Source: Takakia lepidozioides
Lineage: Eukaryota > Plantae > Bryophyta
Reading direction: 5' to 3'
NCBI GenBank assembly: GCA_030704615.1
Contig: CM060731.1
Span: 3,658,001 to 3,722,000 of the forward strand
DNA length: 64,000 bases
Below are positions 1-11,583 of the stretch, piece after piece. Position 1 is the stretch's first letter, and each line of letters starts with the position of its first letter. A program made the position numbers and the translations under genes. The notes below the pieces were generated by a model, which ran no database searches, had not been told where the DNA came from, and worked only from the letters and a program-made list of their open reading frames with translations.

Positions 1-2633
1 GGCGTGGGGGCGAGGGTGGCATCGCAAAACCCCCCACCCATATGCTGTAGTGATGCATCTGGTTACAGGGCGGTGTCCCTTTCATCAGCCTCCATGGCAT
101 GTCATGAGAGGTTACTTTTTCCTCTGAAAATAAAATTAGGTCTCTCCAGGACCTACCAAAAAAAAAAAAAAAAATCACCCCTATACCGTGGATCGTGTTC
201 ACGCGGCGATTTTTTTGTGCTCATGGCCCTACCAATCCCCAATCAACGTCAACTTAGACGCCATGTCATTCTTAACTTTGTTGGTCTTGGTGTAAAGCCA
301 ATATGACCAAGAAAATGCCCTCAAGCAATATGATCCTTGCATTTTGCATTAGGCAACGGCCATTGGGAGCCACGTTACATGAGATAATCTGCCGCAGAGC
401 CAGCGAGCTCTGCTGCACATCCGTCTGAAGAACGTCACAGGTTTCCTCGATGAGAGTTGGAGTGATATGCTAAGCTTATTCCAAGGAATTCGGAGAGTGT
501 GGCTCGATGGGTTGAAGCCCCTCAGAAGAAGAAACGTCGCAACGGTCCAACAACAAGGCTTTAGTCCACACACGGTTGCCAACCATGGGTCTCGGGATGA
601 ATTGCTTGACGAGTGCGAGGTCAAACCCTTGGAGTGTCCACCCCTTAACTGCATCAGATCGCTTCGAGTTCGCGTCTCTTGGCATCCGTGACCATTTGGA
701 TCCCGTCATTCCTCCGCCAGACATGACCACTTGAATCTCGTGCTCTCTCAAATCTTTTGGTGACTTTTTGGGTTGCAGAGTGATCCCAATTTGAGGCTTG
801 CTTTCTTGTTGCTTGCTTTGATCTTCATATTGAATTCGGTTCTAGATCTTTCCAAGTCTTGTGTAATTGGTGTACCAAAAGTCATTCCCACATAACCCAA
901 TTACGACGACGATGTTTCCAGCTTGGATTGTAGAGAGCCATATTGCCCTTCACTTGCATTCAATCCACTCGTCTCTCTTGTTTCGCAGTGTGTGATTGAC
1001 ATGAAAATGCCAGACGGTAGGCATATGATTATTTGGCCGTTTTGTGCTTCCTGCAAAACTTTGAGAGTTGTTCTCCAATAGAATAATTTCCAGCTTTACT
1101 CTCTTCCGTTCAAACCCTTGCTCAGAGGGTCGAAGAAGGGTCCGTAGACGCCAAGTGCATTCTGCCGGATGTGTCTCTTTTGAAGTGTTTCGTTTCTTCA
1201 TGGTTGCTTTTGTCGATGTGCAGCCACTCAGGATTCTCACTGAATTTTTAGGGTTTTATCTTGCTCAATCAGACTATATGTTCCAAATGGACCGGAGAAA
1301 TTGTGTTGTGTCTGCGATGGTTTGTGCAATATCTAAGGGACCAATTGCAGGTTCCTAGATATTCATTCCCCGGTTTCTCTTTTAGGAAGTTCCGACGTCT
1401 TCATTGTGACGTGTTGGCGCATGGTGAATGCTCCCATATGCTTCTAGCTCTGGCTCGCTTCCTTTGAGCCGATATGCAGGCTTTCCAAAGAATTAATAAG
1501 CAGTTTCAGATATGGGCAACTCTGACCTCTTCAATATACATTCCTCAGCCGAGAGTGATTGGCAGCAAGCATTGGGGGCATCGTTGTTTCCATCATCGTC
1601 TGCAAAGTGCGTTGCATTCTGCAAAGTAAGTAGGATCCTGCCCTGTATGCAAAACTGATTTAAAAAAAAATACTGGACCCACAAAAGTGGACTTCTAAAA
1701 AATTATAAGGGTCTAAACTGCTGGAGCTTGGATCTGCACTAGCAAAATTCTCATCAAAATCCCCTATTCATTTCTCTGTGTGACACGTTTGCTGAAGGAT
1801 TTGGTTTCATCATGTGGGACTCCAAACATGCTGCATGCCCATGACCAGACTGTAGGAATGATACAAGCAACCAATACCAATGACACAATCTCCATGTTTC
1901 CAAGGACTCCCCTTGTCTATTTCATCAAGCTCATGATCCAAACTACAGTCCTCCTGCATCTTCCCTTCATCTTCCCTTCCCTGTCCAGAGTAAATCACAT
2001 TGAATGTCATGAAGAGAAGCCGATGGTAAGTTAATTGAAGGATGGTGAACTCAAATCCTGTCTGCACTTCACAACTAAAAGCATTCCAGTTCGGCTGTAG
2101 TATGGAGAGGACGGGCAATCTCTTTTTTATGAATCTGAACCGCTTCCAACCAAAGAAGCGAGATCTTAATCCTATCATGCTCCTCCTTGTTACATACGAA
2201 ATGGATTGACAAAGGATTCTTTTCTTGCTCTTTCATTCTTACAGAGTTGAGCTTCTTTAGTAAAGAAGTCTCACGACAGTGTTCCTCCACACAACTCTTA
2301 AGATTTGCGTTTCACCACGAGTCTTACGAGTTCCACTGCATTCTCAAAGTTTTTGAACATATTCCCATGGAGTTCATATGTGTCCCAATCATCCGTGACA
2401 GAAGGTTGAGCCGCCATCATCTGCACAGACTAATCTGAGACTGATTCAGTGAACCCACATGCTAACTTAGCATTTTCGTGAAGAAGCAGCGAGTGGAGGA
2501 CAAGGCTGCCGACTTGCACTCACAAGGAACAACGGTGCAATGAAAGGTGGCTGACACGGTTGTGCAGGGCTTGTCTTGCAGGAGTGATGTTGCGCGCGTC
2601 CCTTCTATACTGCCTCACAGGACAAAGGAGAAA

Positions 2634-4214
2634 ATGAGTTTTTGCAGAAAGACTACATCTGTGCTGCTTTTTGGGTTGATGGGGGTTGGGGGTGCCAGCA
2701 TCTATGATGACGTCCTTATCTACCAGCAGTGTAGCAAGTATGGTTCACCCTTCTCTGATTTGGTATACCGCGTCGTTCCGTTTGATTTCCGCTATGTCAG
2801 TCCAATATCTAACCCATTGTGTATTTCATGCGTGTTGACTCCTGATCATCGAAGTGTGCCTCCGCTTCTTTTTTCTTCCGATTCGCTCTCTGGATGAGAT
2901 GCGCTGTAGGCAATAGATAGATCACGAACCTTTCTAAGAATTACTGGCTTTTCTGCTCGACTCTTGACCTCGGGCATCACAGCTTGTGTTCTGAGGCTTG
3001 GCCAAGTTCCAGGGAAACTCAAATAGTTGGATACGAGTAGTTCCCTTGCCTTTATTGGGTACACTAGCATTGGTTGCGTTGTGAATTGCCTGCTTTGTGA
3101 TATTTCTAGTAATAGATATCATGGCAGTGTCTTCAGGATCTCTTTTCTTCTGTCACTTAGAACAAGGATGATTTGTCTTCTGCAGAAAGGCTATGGAACG
3201 TGCAGCTCACGACCCCGTGCTGAAACAACTTCTGGGAGAACACATCGAACAGGGACCCTGGTACGAAGCCTCGCTAGGTGTGGACCATGAAGGGCACTCA
3301 GCTTCTTGCAGCTTTCCTGTGACAGGTAGCTTGGGAAGCGCCCACCTTCATCTTCGGGCTGTCCGGTTTGAAGGTAGTTTCTAGTTTCTTCTACCCTCTC
3401 GACCCACCAGGGAATGGTCAGTGATTACATTCCTCTGCTGCCTGTTTGTTAGAGAAGTTTGCTGATGCACAACAGACTGGTTTGCTGTTTAAAGAGGCAT
3501 GGAACATCCGTCCATTTAGATGGGAATAGAACCATGATAGAATAGTAAGGATACCATTTACATCAACTCAAATTCAGCAATAAAAACAATGATTAAAATG
3601 CATACTGAATCAATTTCATTGGGCACTATCTGAGACCTTCCATTATGACAGAACTGAATGCCCAGAAAACAATTTCCTTGGTCACTGTGGCAGAGAGGAA
3701 CAGTTCACTGTCCTACTATGTATGGCCTGGTTCTGGGAGGTGGGAAATGTTGGTGCTGGAGGCCTTGATACCCCCGGCTCCTGGAGCAGTATGCCAACCC
3801 CCCCGAAGAATTGATCTGTTGCACCCCAATATGGCCTTAGTCGGCGCCTGCCTCTGGTACTTGAACCAAACAATTGATAGCAGCCTTTGACACACCAATG
3901 AGGTTTCAGATATTAAAAACCAACACATTTACTGAATCTCAATCAAACCTCAAAGATCTTGTTGACTTGAAAACTTCTAGTCTTGAAATTTGGATGTGAT
4001 GGTGTGGACAGAGAAGCGCAGTTGGCTGTCCTCCTACCTGCCCAGCTTATCAGGTGGGAGGTGGGAAGTGCTGATGCTGGAGGCTCTGGTAGATGGTGCA
4101 ATCAGCCATTCTCGGCAGCGAGTTGATCTTATGCATGATGGGTCCAAGGTGGGAGATAGAAGGGGTGGGGGAGAGTGCGGTCCACCTGATGTTACAGGAC
4201 ACCATGAAGTCTGA
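2634..4214 (+). CDS. Cytochrome oxidase complex assembly (COA1-domain) protein, At2g20390-like, spliced, with two alternative last exons
   Basis: Exons 2634-2737 and 3186-3373, then either 3694-3890 or 4012-4214. All introns are GT-AG and phase-consistent. Protein MSFCRKTTSVLLFGLMGVGGASIYDDVLIYQQCSKKAMERAAHDPVLKQLLGEHIEQGPWYEASLGVDHEGHSASCSFPVTGSLGSAHLHLRAVRFE...RWE(M/V)LxLEAL matches the plant family pattern GPWYxASL...SCSFPV.G..G...L.L.AVR...W.IL.M.AL. An additional upstream exon cannot be excluded. Confidence 0.8.
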
Positions 4215-6665
4215 GCTTCTTACTCTCTCTCCTTCCCCTCTTCCCTTCTGGAAGGAGTCCAGTTGAGCTAGGCCTGTGGTTGCAACAGGGAATGGTTAAT
4301 GAATAAAATTCTTTTCCGTTCCTACTTGTTTTCAACCAAACACACCCGAATATTGTCGTGCCCAAGAAGGACTAATTGCAATATGTTACATGTGCGATTC
4401 AATCTTTTTGTTATGCCACTCCAGTAACTAAGTCTGGGGGTGAGCAACTTAGATTGCAATTGAACAGTCTATTGTTGCGAGTGCTGTGAATCCAACTGGT
4501 TCAGTCAGTGGCTCTTCATAGATTGCAGGGCAACTGTGGGTTTACAGGCCGAGAAAGGCCATATTTGTGGTAATGTACGTGGACAGGCAGAAGCTTCCAC
4601 AGTCAACGTGTGGCCCTATGCCTTCTCAATACATTGGCGAGGGTGCTGCTCTGATGGTGATCCTGGTGAGCCTGAGTCCATCTCTGATTGCAAGAGACAT
4701 TAAATCCCTCTGCTATTACATCTCAGAGTTTGTTTGACATAATATCAAACTTCCGGATTAGAAAGTGTTCGCCCGGTTGTGAAGAGAGTCAAGGGCCTTT
4801 ATCTTTTGTTAATCTTCATCTGATCTAGACTCATATTGTCAAGCAGTGTTACTTCCCCAATCAGAGTTGTCCCAAGCTTACTTTAGAACAGTTCCAAGCC
4901 CTCCATGTCTATTATGTATTTAGAAGTGTATTGCAAGAGCAGAGGTCACAGGTTAGTTAGCATTGTCTCACAATTTGTACAGCTTTCTTGGAAATGAGTG
5001 CCCGTCCTTTCTCTTACAGCAAACTTTCACCAAAATATAATGTAACAGGAAGCATAGATATGTATATCAAGGGATCTCCAAAATGTGTCTACTGTCAAAG
5101 ACGTGAGTTTGTTAAGTCTTCCTAAGTGTATCCACATTCTGGTTGCAGGGCAAATACGAGGTCCAAATTTCTCACTAGTTCCTGAGGTTTTTTAGAAAGC
5201 CATCATTGCACCTTCTTTGTAAACCCTATTTTCTCTGCTTCCCTCTCTCTCTTTTCCTCTGCAATTCTTACCCTCTCCTAGCAGATAGTGAATCTCTTTT
5301 TAGTAAGAGCTCTGGTCCATGAGTCCATTCTTGGCCTCTAATTGCAGATATCTTTGTCTGAAGTGCGCTTTGCTAGCAAAGAAGATAGTTACCAGCCAGA
5401 TTCACAAAGTGAGATGATGAAGTTTGGGCTGCGCTCTGCCCCCAGTTCTACTCCACAATACAACGATGGCCTACAATAAGGTATATATGGAGGCAACTTA
5501 TTTCATCATGATCAAGTTCGGAAGACAGCATCCTACAGCAGGGGCCATCTTAATCTTCAAACTTCAACGATCTGCAATGTCATAGGTCACCTTGGCTGTA
5601 ACCGTTTAGAATCTTTCACTGTGCATATTTCTAGAATCAATACCCTTTGGTTGTTCCCATGTTGTGCTCTGCGCTTGTTGCTGAGGAATGCTTACTGCCA
5701 AATCGAAGTATGTTAGTGATGGGACTTTGTTGACATCTTTTCCTACACAAACCCCACCTGACATCTTGTACAACCATTGTTCGAGAATATTGATGCTCTC
5801 ATTGCCAATCTAGCCTGACTGACTGTGAAGACTGGTCTAAAAGTTGGTACGTGTGAAGCTCAGGGCCAGCAAACTCACTCAATTTCACTGCTATAGATGC
5901 ATGGTTAGAAATTTTATCACAACCATTGTATGGACATGGCTCTGTATCACAAAGGAGTTCAATCCTGAGTCACTCCTCCCTCAGCTTTCCGCGTTCTATT
6001 TGTGCACTGTTGGTTTATGTAAGTCAGTGACCCCAACACAAGGAGCAAACCTGCTACCAGAAGCAATTGCTTTGTAGCGAACTATTACACTGAATATGGA
6101 CTCGAGATGAGCGGTGAAATTCTTTTCAGGTCAAAGAACAGAGGTCAAGAAGAGCATACCAAAATGTTCTGGTTTGTACCTTTCCAAGTCAGCCTGCAAG
6201 CAAGCGATTCCTGATGCAAACTCAGACCAAAAGTATCCCCCAAGATTCCGGAACCCTCGCTTGAGGAGAGATCTACAGAGAAGCTCATGATCTTAGTACC
6301 AATCCACCATGGAGTACAAAGCAAGGCAACAAACCTGAGAAGAGAAAGGAGAGAAATGTTGTCAACATCCATGTCTGGGCTCACTTTTCCGGGATGTATC
6401 CTATTCACTTTCATCCCCTTCTTCTCTTCAGCTTTTTATAAACGGTCGAGTTTCCCACCAGTTCTTTCTCTGTCTCTTTCTCTCCGCTGCATCTCGAGAG
6501 ATTCGGTGAGGGTTTATGTGGGGTTTGATCTCTCACAGTGTTTCTTTGCAAGAACCCACCTCTGGATTTTTTCGTTCTTCCTTGTAGCTATCACTCTCCG
6601 CAACTTGATTCGACCCTTAATCGTTCTCTTTGTTTTTAGGGCTGTGTAAATCTCTCCCTGTAAAG

Positions 6666-9600
6666 ATGGCGGGGACACCAAGTGCACCCCGCGTGCACAA
6701 ACGGACCCTCTCTGATCAGCAGCGGCGGCGTGAGATTGCCCTTAATCGCCAGAAAGAAGGCCGCCGCAATCTGCAGAATCATGCGCGTCAGCTGGCATCA
6801 TCTTTCAGCCCCCCGTCATCTCCTTCTGATACCAGAGAAGATCCATCAAGATATGAGGTAACAAGGACGAAGCTGCCTTCTGTAGTGCGGCTTAATCGCG
6901 TTGTTCCCCCGTGTCTTTCCTCTTTCTCTCTCTTCTTTGTCGCCCTCCCCGCCGTCATAATGAATTTCCTCCCCCTCTCCCTCGCAATTAACTGTTCGCT
7001 ACCTCATTTCTGTTCCCAGCAGCGAGATGCAAGCCGTGGTTGCTTTTTGACATCGTTGTTCGCGTGCATTAATGAGAAGATCCCTGTGTTGGTCTGTAGG
7101 TGCCTGGGCAAGGCACAGAGAGGGATACTATTGCTGAAGAGCCAAGCGATTGGGTTGCAGGAGATGGCACGCAGGTTGGTGTAGCCGTATTTGTGTTCAT
7201 TCCTACGTTTTTGATTAAGCTGTGTAGGCATCTGGCCCCTGTTGAATTGCAGTTTCTCATGGATTTCTCCTGATGCCTTACTAAATAGAGCCTTCGCAGG
7301 CAAGTGCTTACGCACACTGGTGCTCTCTGGTCCACTTGTAGTTCTTGTGCCCAGCTAGTGCCAGATTTGATTTTAAGATTTCGATTTGGAATTGAGCACG
7401 TTGAATATGCTGGTACAGATGGGTGTGGAAGAGGCAGACAGCATTCCTCCAGGAAAATTTCGTGCAGGAATGCTGGAAGGCACGAGACTCAAGGGTGCCA
7501 AGGCCAGGGAATTTTTTTCTCAACAGTTGATGCTGCCTGAGTGGATGGTTGACATCCCCCTTCATCTCCAGAAAGACTGGTGGGTAATTATTTTATGGCC
7601 ACTGTCGTTATAATCTATAGAAACAGTTGGAAGTAGCTATTGAAATCACTGGAAAGTTGTGGAAAATTAAGTAAATTGGCAAATTCTGTTGTAATTGTTG
7701 TGGCAGAATTCTGTTGAAGCATTTGGAGCATCCTCTGGCTTTGTGAGTGATTTGTTTTGTTCATATGAACTGACAGGGTTTCCAAACAGAGGAGCAAACT
7801 CTCTCCTTTCCTCAGTATCTCTCCACCTCCTATTTACCGGGATTATTGTCAGCAGCATGATGTAACATTTGGGCTTTACAGGTACACTATGGCAAGGCCA
7901 GCCGGCAAGCGGTGCCTTGTCATAGCAGCCAATGGCAGCACTATAAGCCGGCAACGAAATGGCCGCATATTGCATTGCTTTCCTTCTGCACTTCCCAATG
8001 GTGCGCGTACTCGGGATGTCGTGGCAGCATCCCATGTCTATTGTATTCTTGACTGCATTTTCCATGAGGTAAGATGCACATATGTAATTCTTCACACCAT
8101 ATAAGTACACTATTGTGGTCTTACACAGAAGTTGATCCTCTCCACATATCTCCATGCAGGGTACTTAGGGCATTGCACTTCTTCATATTTTTTGTGAAAT
8201 GGTGCTGAGATCTCATAATTCATTTGTAGATCAAGTTATAATTACCTTGCTTAACATGTCGTATGTTTTGGCAGCCTGACAAAACATACTACGTGGTGGA
8301 CATGATGTGCTGGCGTGGCTACTCTCTATACGACTGCAGTTCTGAGTTCCGTTTCTTTTGGATGAATTCTAAGCTTGCTGAGACTGACGCCCTCAATGAT
8401 CCATCAGCTCATCATCGCTATCGCTTCAGCGTTGTCCCTGTCTATGAGTGCAGCACAACCAGCTTGCAAGCAGTGTATAGTGGGCCAGTGCCTTTTGTCA
8501 GAGACGGGCTTCTCTTCTTCAACAGGTTCTCACTCTCTTTCCCCTTTCCTCCAAAAATAACCCTTTTTCTGTCCCATTCTGAGGATGGTTGTCTCGAGGT
8601 AACAGCGTCAGCTCTCTCCCTCTCTCTCTCCATTTCTGTTCCTTTTCCCCACAGTGACAGACAATGGAGCCTCAGCCTCATATGTCACAGCTGCTGGACG
8701 CAGTGCTAAGTATCATCAATGATTTCTAGTAAATGTCAATACCAGAGTTTAGCCAGCACTCAATCTCCTGTTACTAGAGGCATCAGCTGCGTGGAGCAAT
8801 TTTTGGAAAGTCTCATATACCCTGGTGAGCTAAAACCCTATATCCAGCAATGGGATTGTGAGAATCCTGTGGGACATTGTCGATAAACATACTTTTTAGG
8901 AACATTCAATGAGTACATTGTCTCTCATATCTGCAGCTACTTAATGTCTGACTGGTCGGGACATTCTTTAAGATTGAGTGGAGCTTTTTTAAAAACTGCC
9001 TGTTTGATTTCTTGTATTGCGTGGGTTTGGGTACCCGGAAGAACAGGCATGCCCATTATGAGCTAGGTCTCACCCCATTGGTGCTACTTTGGAAGGATGC
9101 TCAGTGCAGCCAATATCTGCTTGACACTGATGCCCAAGGCAATGTACCTGCTTATCAACAGGTCAGAAAAATCAAGCAACTTCAACACCTTTACCTTCAA
9201 CACTAATATTATTTCCTTTCTAATGAGGCAATGCCAACCTCACTGTCCCCCCCTTTTATCTCCCTCATGTCAGCCAGTGATGATGTGCAGATTGTACTGG
9301 AGTTGGTAAGCGATGGCACAGTGATCACCAGTGATGACCCGCCTGTGGTCCTTGGATCCATGCCGTCTGACTTCCTTAAGCAGGTGCATCTCTCTTTAGA
9401 ATTGATATTCTCACTTCATGCCCTATCTTTCAAGAGTGATTGGATGGAAAACAGGACTGTATTGGTGGATAATGTCTTACAACTTAGCTTGTCATAATCA
9501 GTTGTTTCTGCTTAGTGGTCGCTGTTGGTTTTGGCAAGGGATGTTGGTGTCTGTTTCCTCAGCTATCAGCATTTCCTCAGAAACACCTCGCTGAACTGTG

Positions 9601-10316
9601 TTTGTGATCACTGAACTCCGAAGAAAAGCTATTTGTTTTGTAGTCATATTTTTGTCTTCTTCAGAATGCAGAGTACTTGAAGCCTGGAATGCTCTTGCGC
9701 TTTGCAATTGGAGAACAGGGGCTGAGCCTGGTAGAAGGGAGACCTGTAGTGGCCGACATCCACTATCAGGGCCTTGCCAATAAAAGCCGTGCTGGTGCGG
9801 ATAGCTGCACCAAGGTAATTGTTGAGCCAGTGCTACCATTTCATTTGGGAAAAGAGTGCTGAATGGATGCAAGTGTTCTCTGGGGCCCTGGCATCTTTGC
9901 TCACAGGAATATGAAAAATGAGAGTGGGAATTGGTTATTGTATCTGGTCTGTTGGGGGAGGAATTTGTATTAGATCCTTTAGACTGCCAATTTGGCTTTG
10001 CATCTATGGCATTGTATGTCAGCTACCTGACCCTTTCTTTATAGTTGCTTTTCATGGTCAGTTTAATTTGTTCTGTTTACCTATGGATATCACTATCTTG
10101 GACAACTCCATAAGGTTTTGTTTTTGTCCTTCCCCTCCCTCATTTGACAATGAGGGCAGAAGAAGAGATTATTGTCAGTACTGAGATGAGTTTTGTTCTC
10201 TGATATTCCAGATTCTATTCCAGTATGCGGCTCGTCATGCTCCATTGACAATTACAGACCTTGTGGCAGCGATTGAGGCTTCTGATGAAGAAGGCGATAT
10301 GTTAATGGGCTCTTGA
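6666..10316 (+). CDS. SNUPN: Snurportin-1 (m3G-cap snRNP import adaptor), 9 exons
   Basis: Exons 6666-6857, 7100-7174, 7419-7579, 7882-8068, 8275-8525, 9047-9161, 9291-9383, 9665-9814 and 10212-10316, all GT-AG and in phase. Motifs SDQQRRREIALNRQK (IBB-like), QLMLPEWMVDIP, ARPAGKRCLVIA, CILDCIFHE, YYVVDMMCWRGYSLYDC..EFRFFW and DGLLFFN.HAHY..G.TPL.LLWKD. Confidence 0.93.
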
Positions 10317-11461
10317 CTTGTCAACCTTAAATTGGGCTGTTAGCATAAGATGACATTTGCCCGAAGCTCGACGACATTGCTCCAGATCATCTACGAGTGG
10401 AGAGCATGCATGGTGAGAATCTAACCGGACCATTATAGAGTCGCATGCACTTGCTCTTGTTACAATGAGCTGCAACTGGCTACTAAGGCCCTCGTCTCTC
10501 ACCAGCTGTAGGAAGGGCTGCGTTATGGTAAATTTGAAGTTGCACTGGAGCTCAGGCAGTAATTTTTGTTGGTTGAGCAGGCTGGAAGTGGAGGATTTAA
10601 GGCACGCTCCTCATCACTTTCAAGATGCGATGTTCTTCATTTGGACAGGACCTCTATTGGTCATATCAAGTGGATTGTGGAATAGTCCATAATATCCCAA
10701 GAAATACCAGATGGTAGTTGAAGTTGTGTGTTGTTTGTGCCTTGGTATGTAATCTATTCACCTGCAACTGTAGTTTTGACGGGATTTGTCACTACCCTTG
10801 TAGTGCCTGTAACAGATCGGTTGAGCGCAATGGGGTTACATTTGATTGGGGCTTGGATTTCTAGCAGATGAGGAACTTAGTTATTGCTCACCACAAATGC
10901 AGCAGTGTATAAGCTGTCCTCAAGTCTTTCTACATCACAGCACCTACAAACTACGATGGCTGTTCGAGAAGTGACAAAGAGAAAGGAAGGGAGAAAAGGG
11001 AAGGAAATGAACAAAATCAGTACAACAAAACCTATTTCGGAATTTTGTACTACCTCTTTTTGTTGTTAAGAAAACTATTCATGTATTGTTCGCAAGGAAA
11101 AAGGAAGGAAGATCTCTGATCGGGAATACTGCCTGCAATTGTGAGTGTTGCCTTGACCAACTATCATCCGGCACAAAGACCACCATAGTTTCTATCACTC
11201 CAATCTTTCACACAAGGCACCAGAGTCAGGAAGATAGAGGAGGCTTCGCATGCCACTCTTGCAGTTCAAAAGACAAACATGAATGCATGCAAGTTTAAGG
11301 GTATGGCGGAAGGTGACCAGATGAAGGGTACTGGAATGTCGGCCACAGACTTGGCATACTCGGATTAGTTTGTGTCCACATATGTGGGATTTTCAAAATA
11401 TTTCAAACGAAATTGCGAGTCAGCAGGGTGGTGGGGCCGGAAGAGACCCGTTTGTCTGGCG

Positions 11462-11486
11462 GAGAGAGAGAGAGAGAGAGAGAGAA
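11462..11486. repeat. (GA)n microsatellite upstream of the thioredoxin start codon
   Basis: Pure GA run about 100 nt upstream of ATG 11584. Confidence 0.9.
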
Positions 11487-11583
11487 GAAGCTTGTTGCAA
11501 CAAGGCACCGGTTGCGAGGACTGCGTGGAAAATTGAGGGCAGCAAAGGGGAGATTGTCGTCTGTATTCCGAAGCTTGTCAGTC

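Noticed and set aside
1-2500. Several short ORFs on both strands, including a TTG-initiated transit-peptide-like ORF at 1068
   Set aside because: No recognisable domain, no ATG start for the 1068 ORF and no convincing splice path to the COA1-like gene.
2587-2637. Out-of-frame upstream ORF whose TGA overlaps the COA1-like ATG (ATGA)
   Set aside because: The true transcript start and first exon are unknown, and the arrangement is easily produced by chance.
4400-6450. Possible decayed gene between the COA1-like gene and snurportin
   Set aside because: No protein motif recognised in any frame.
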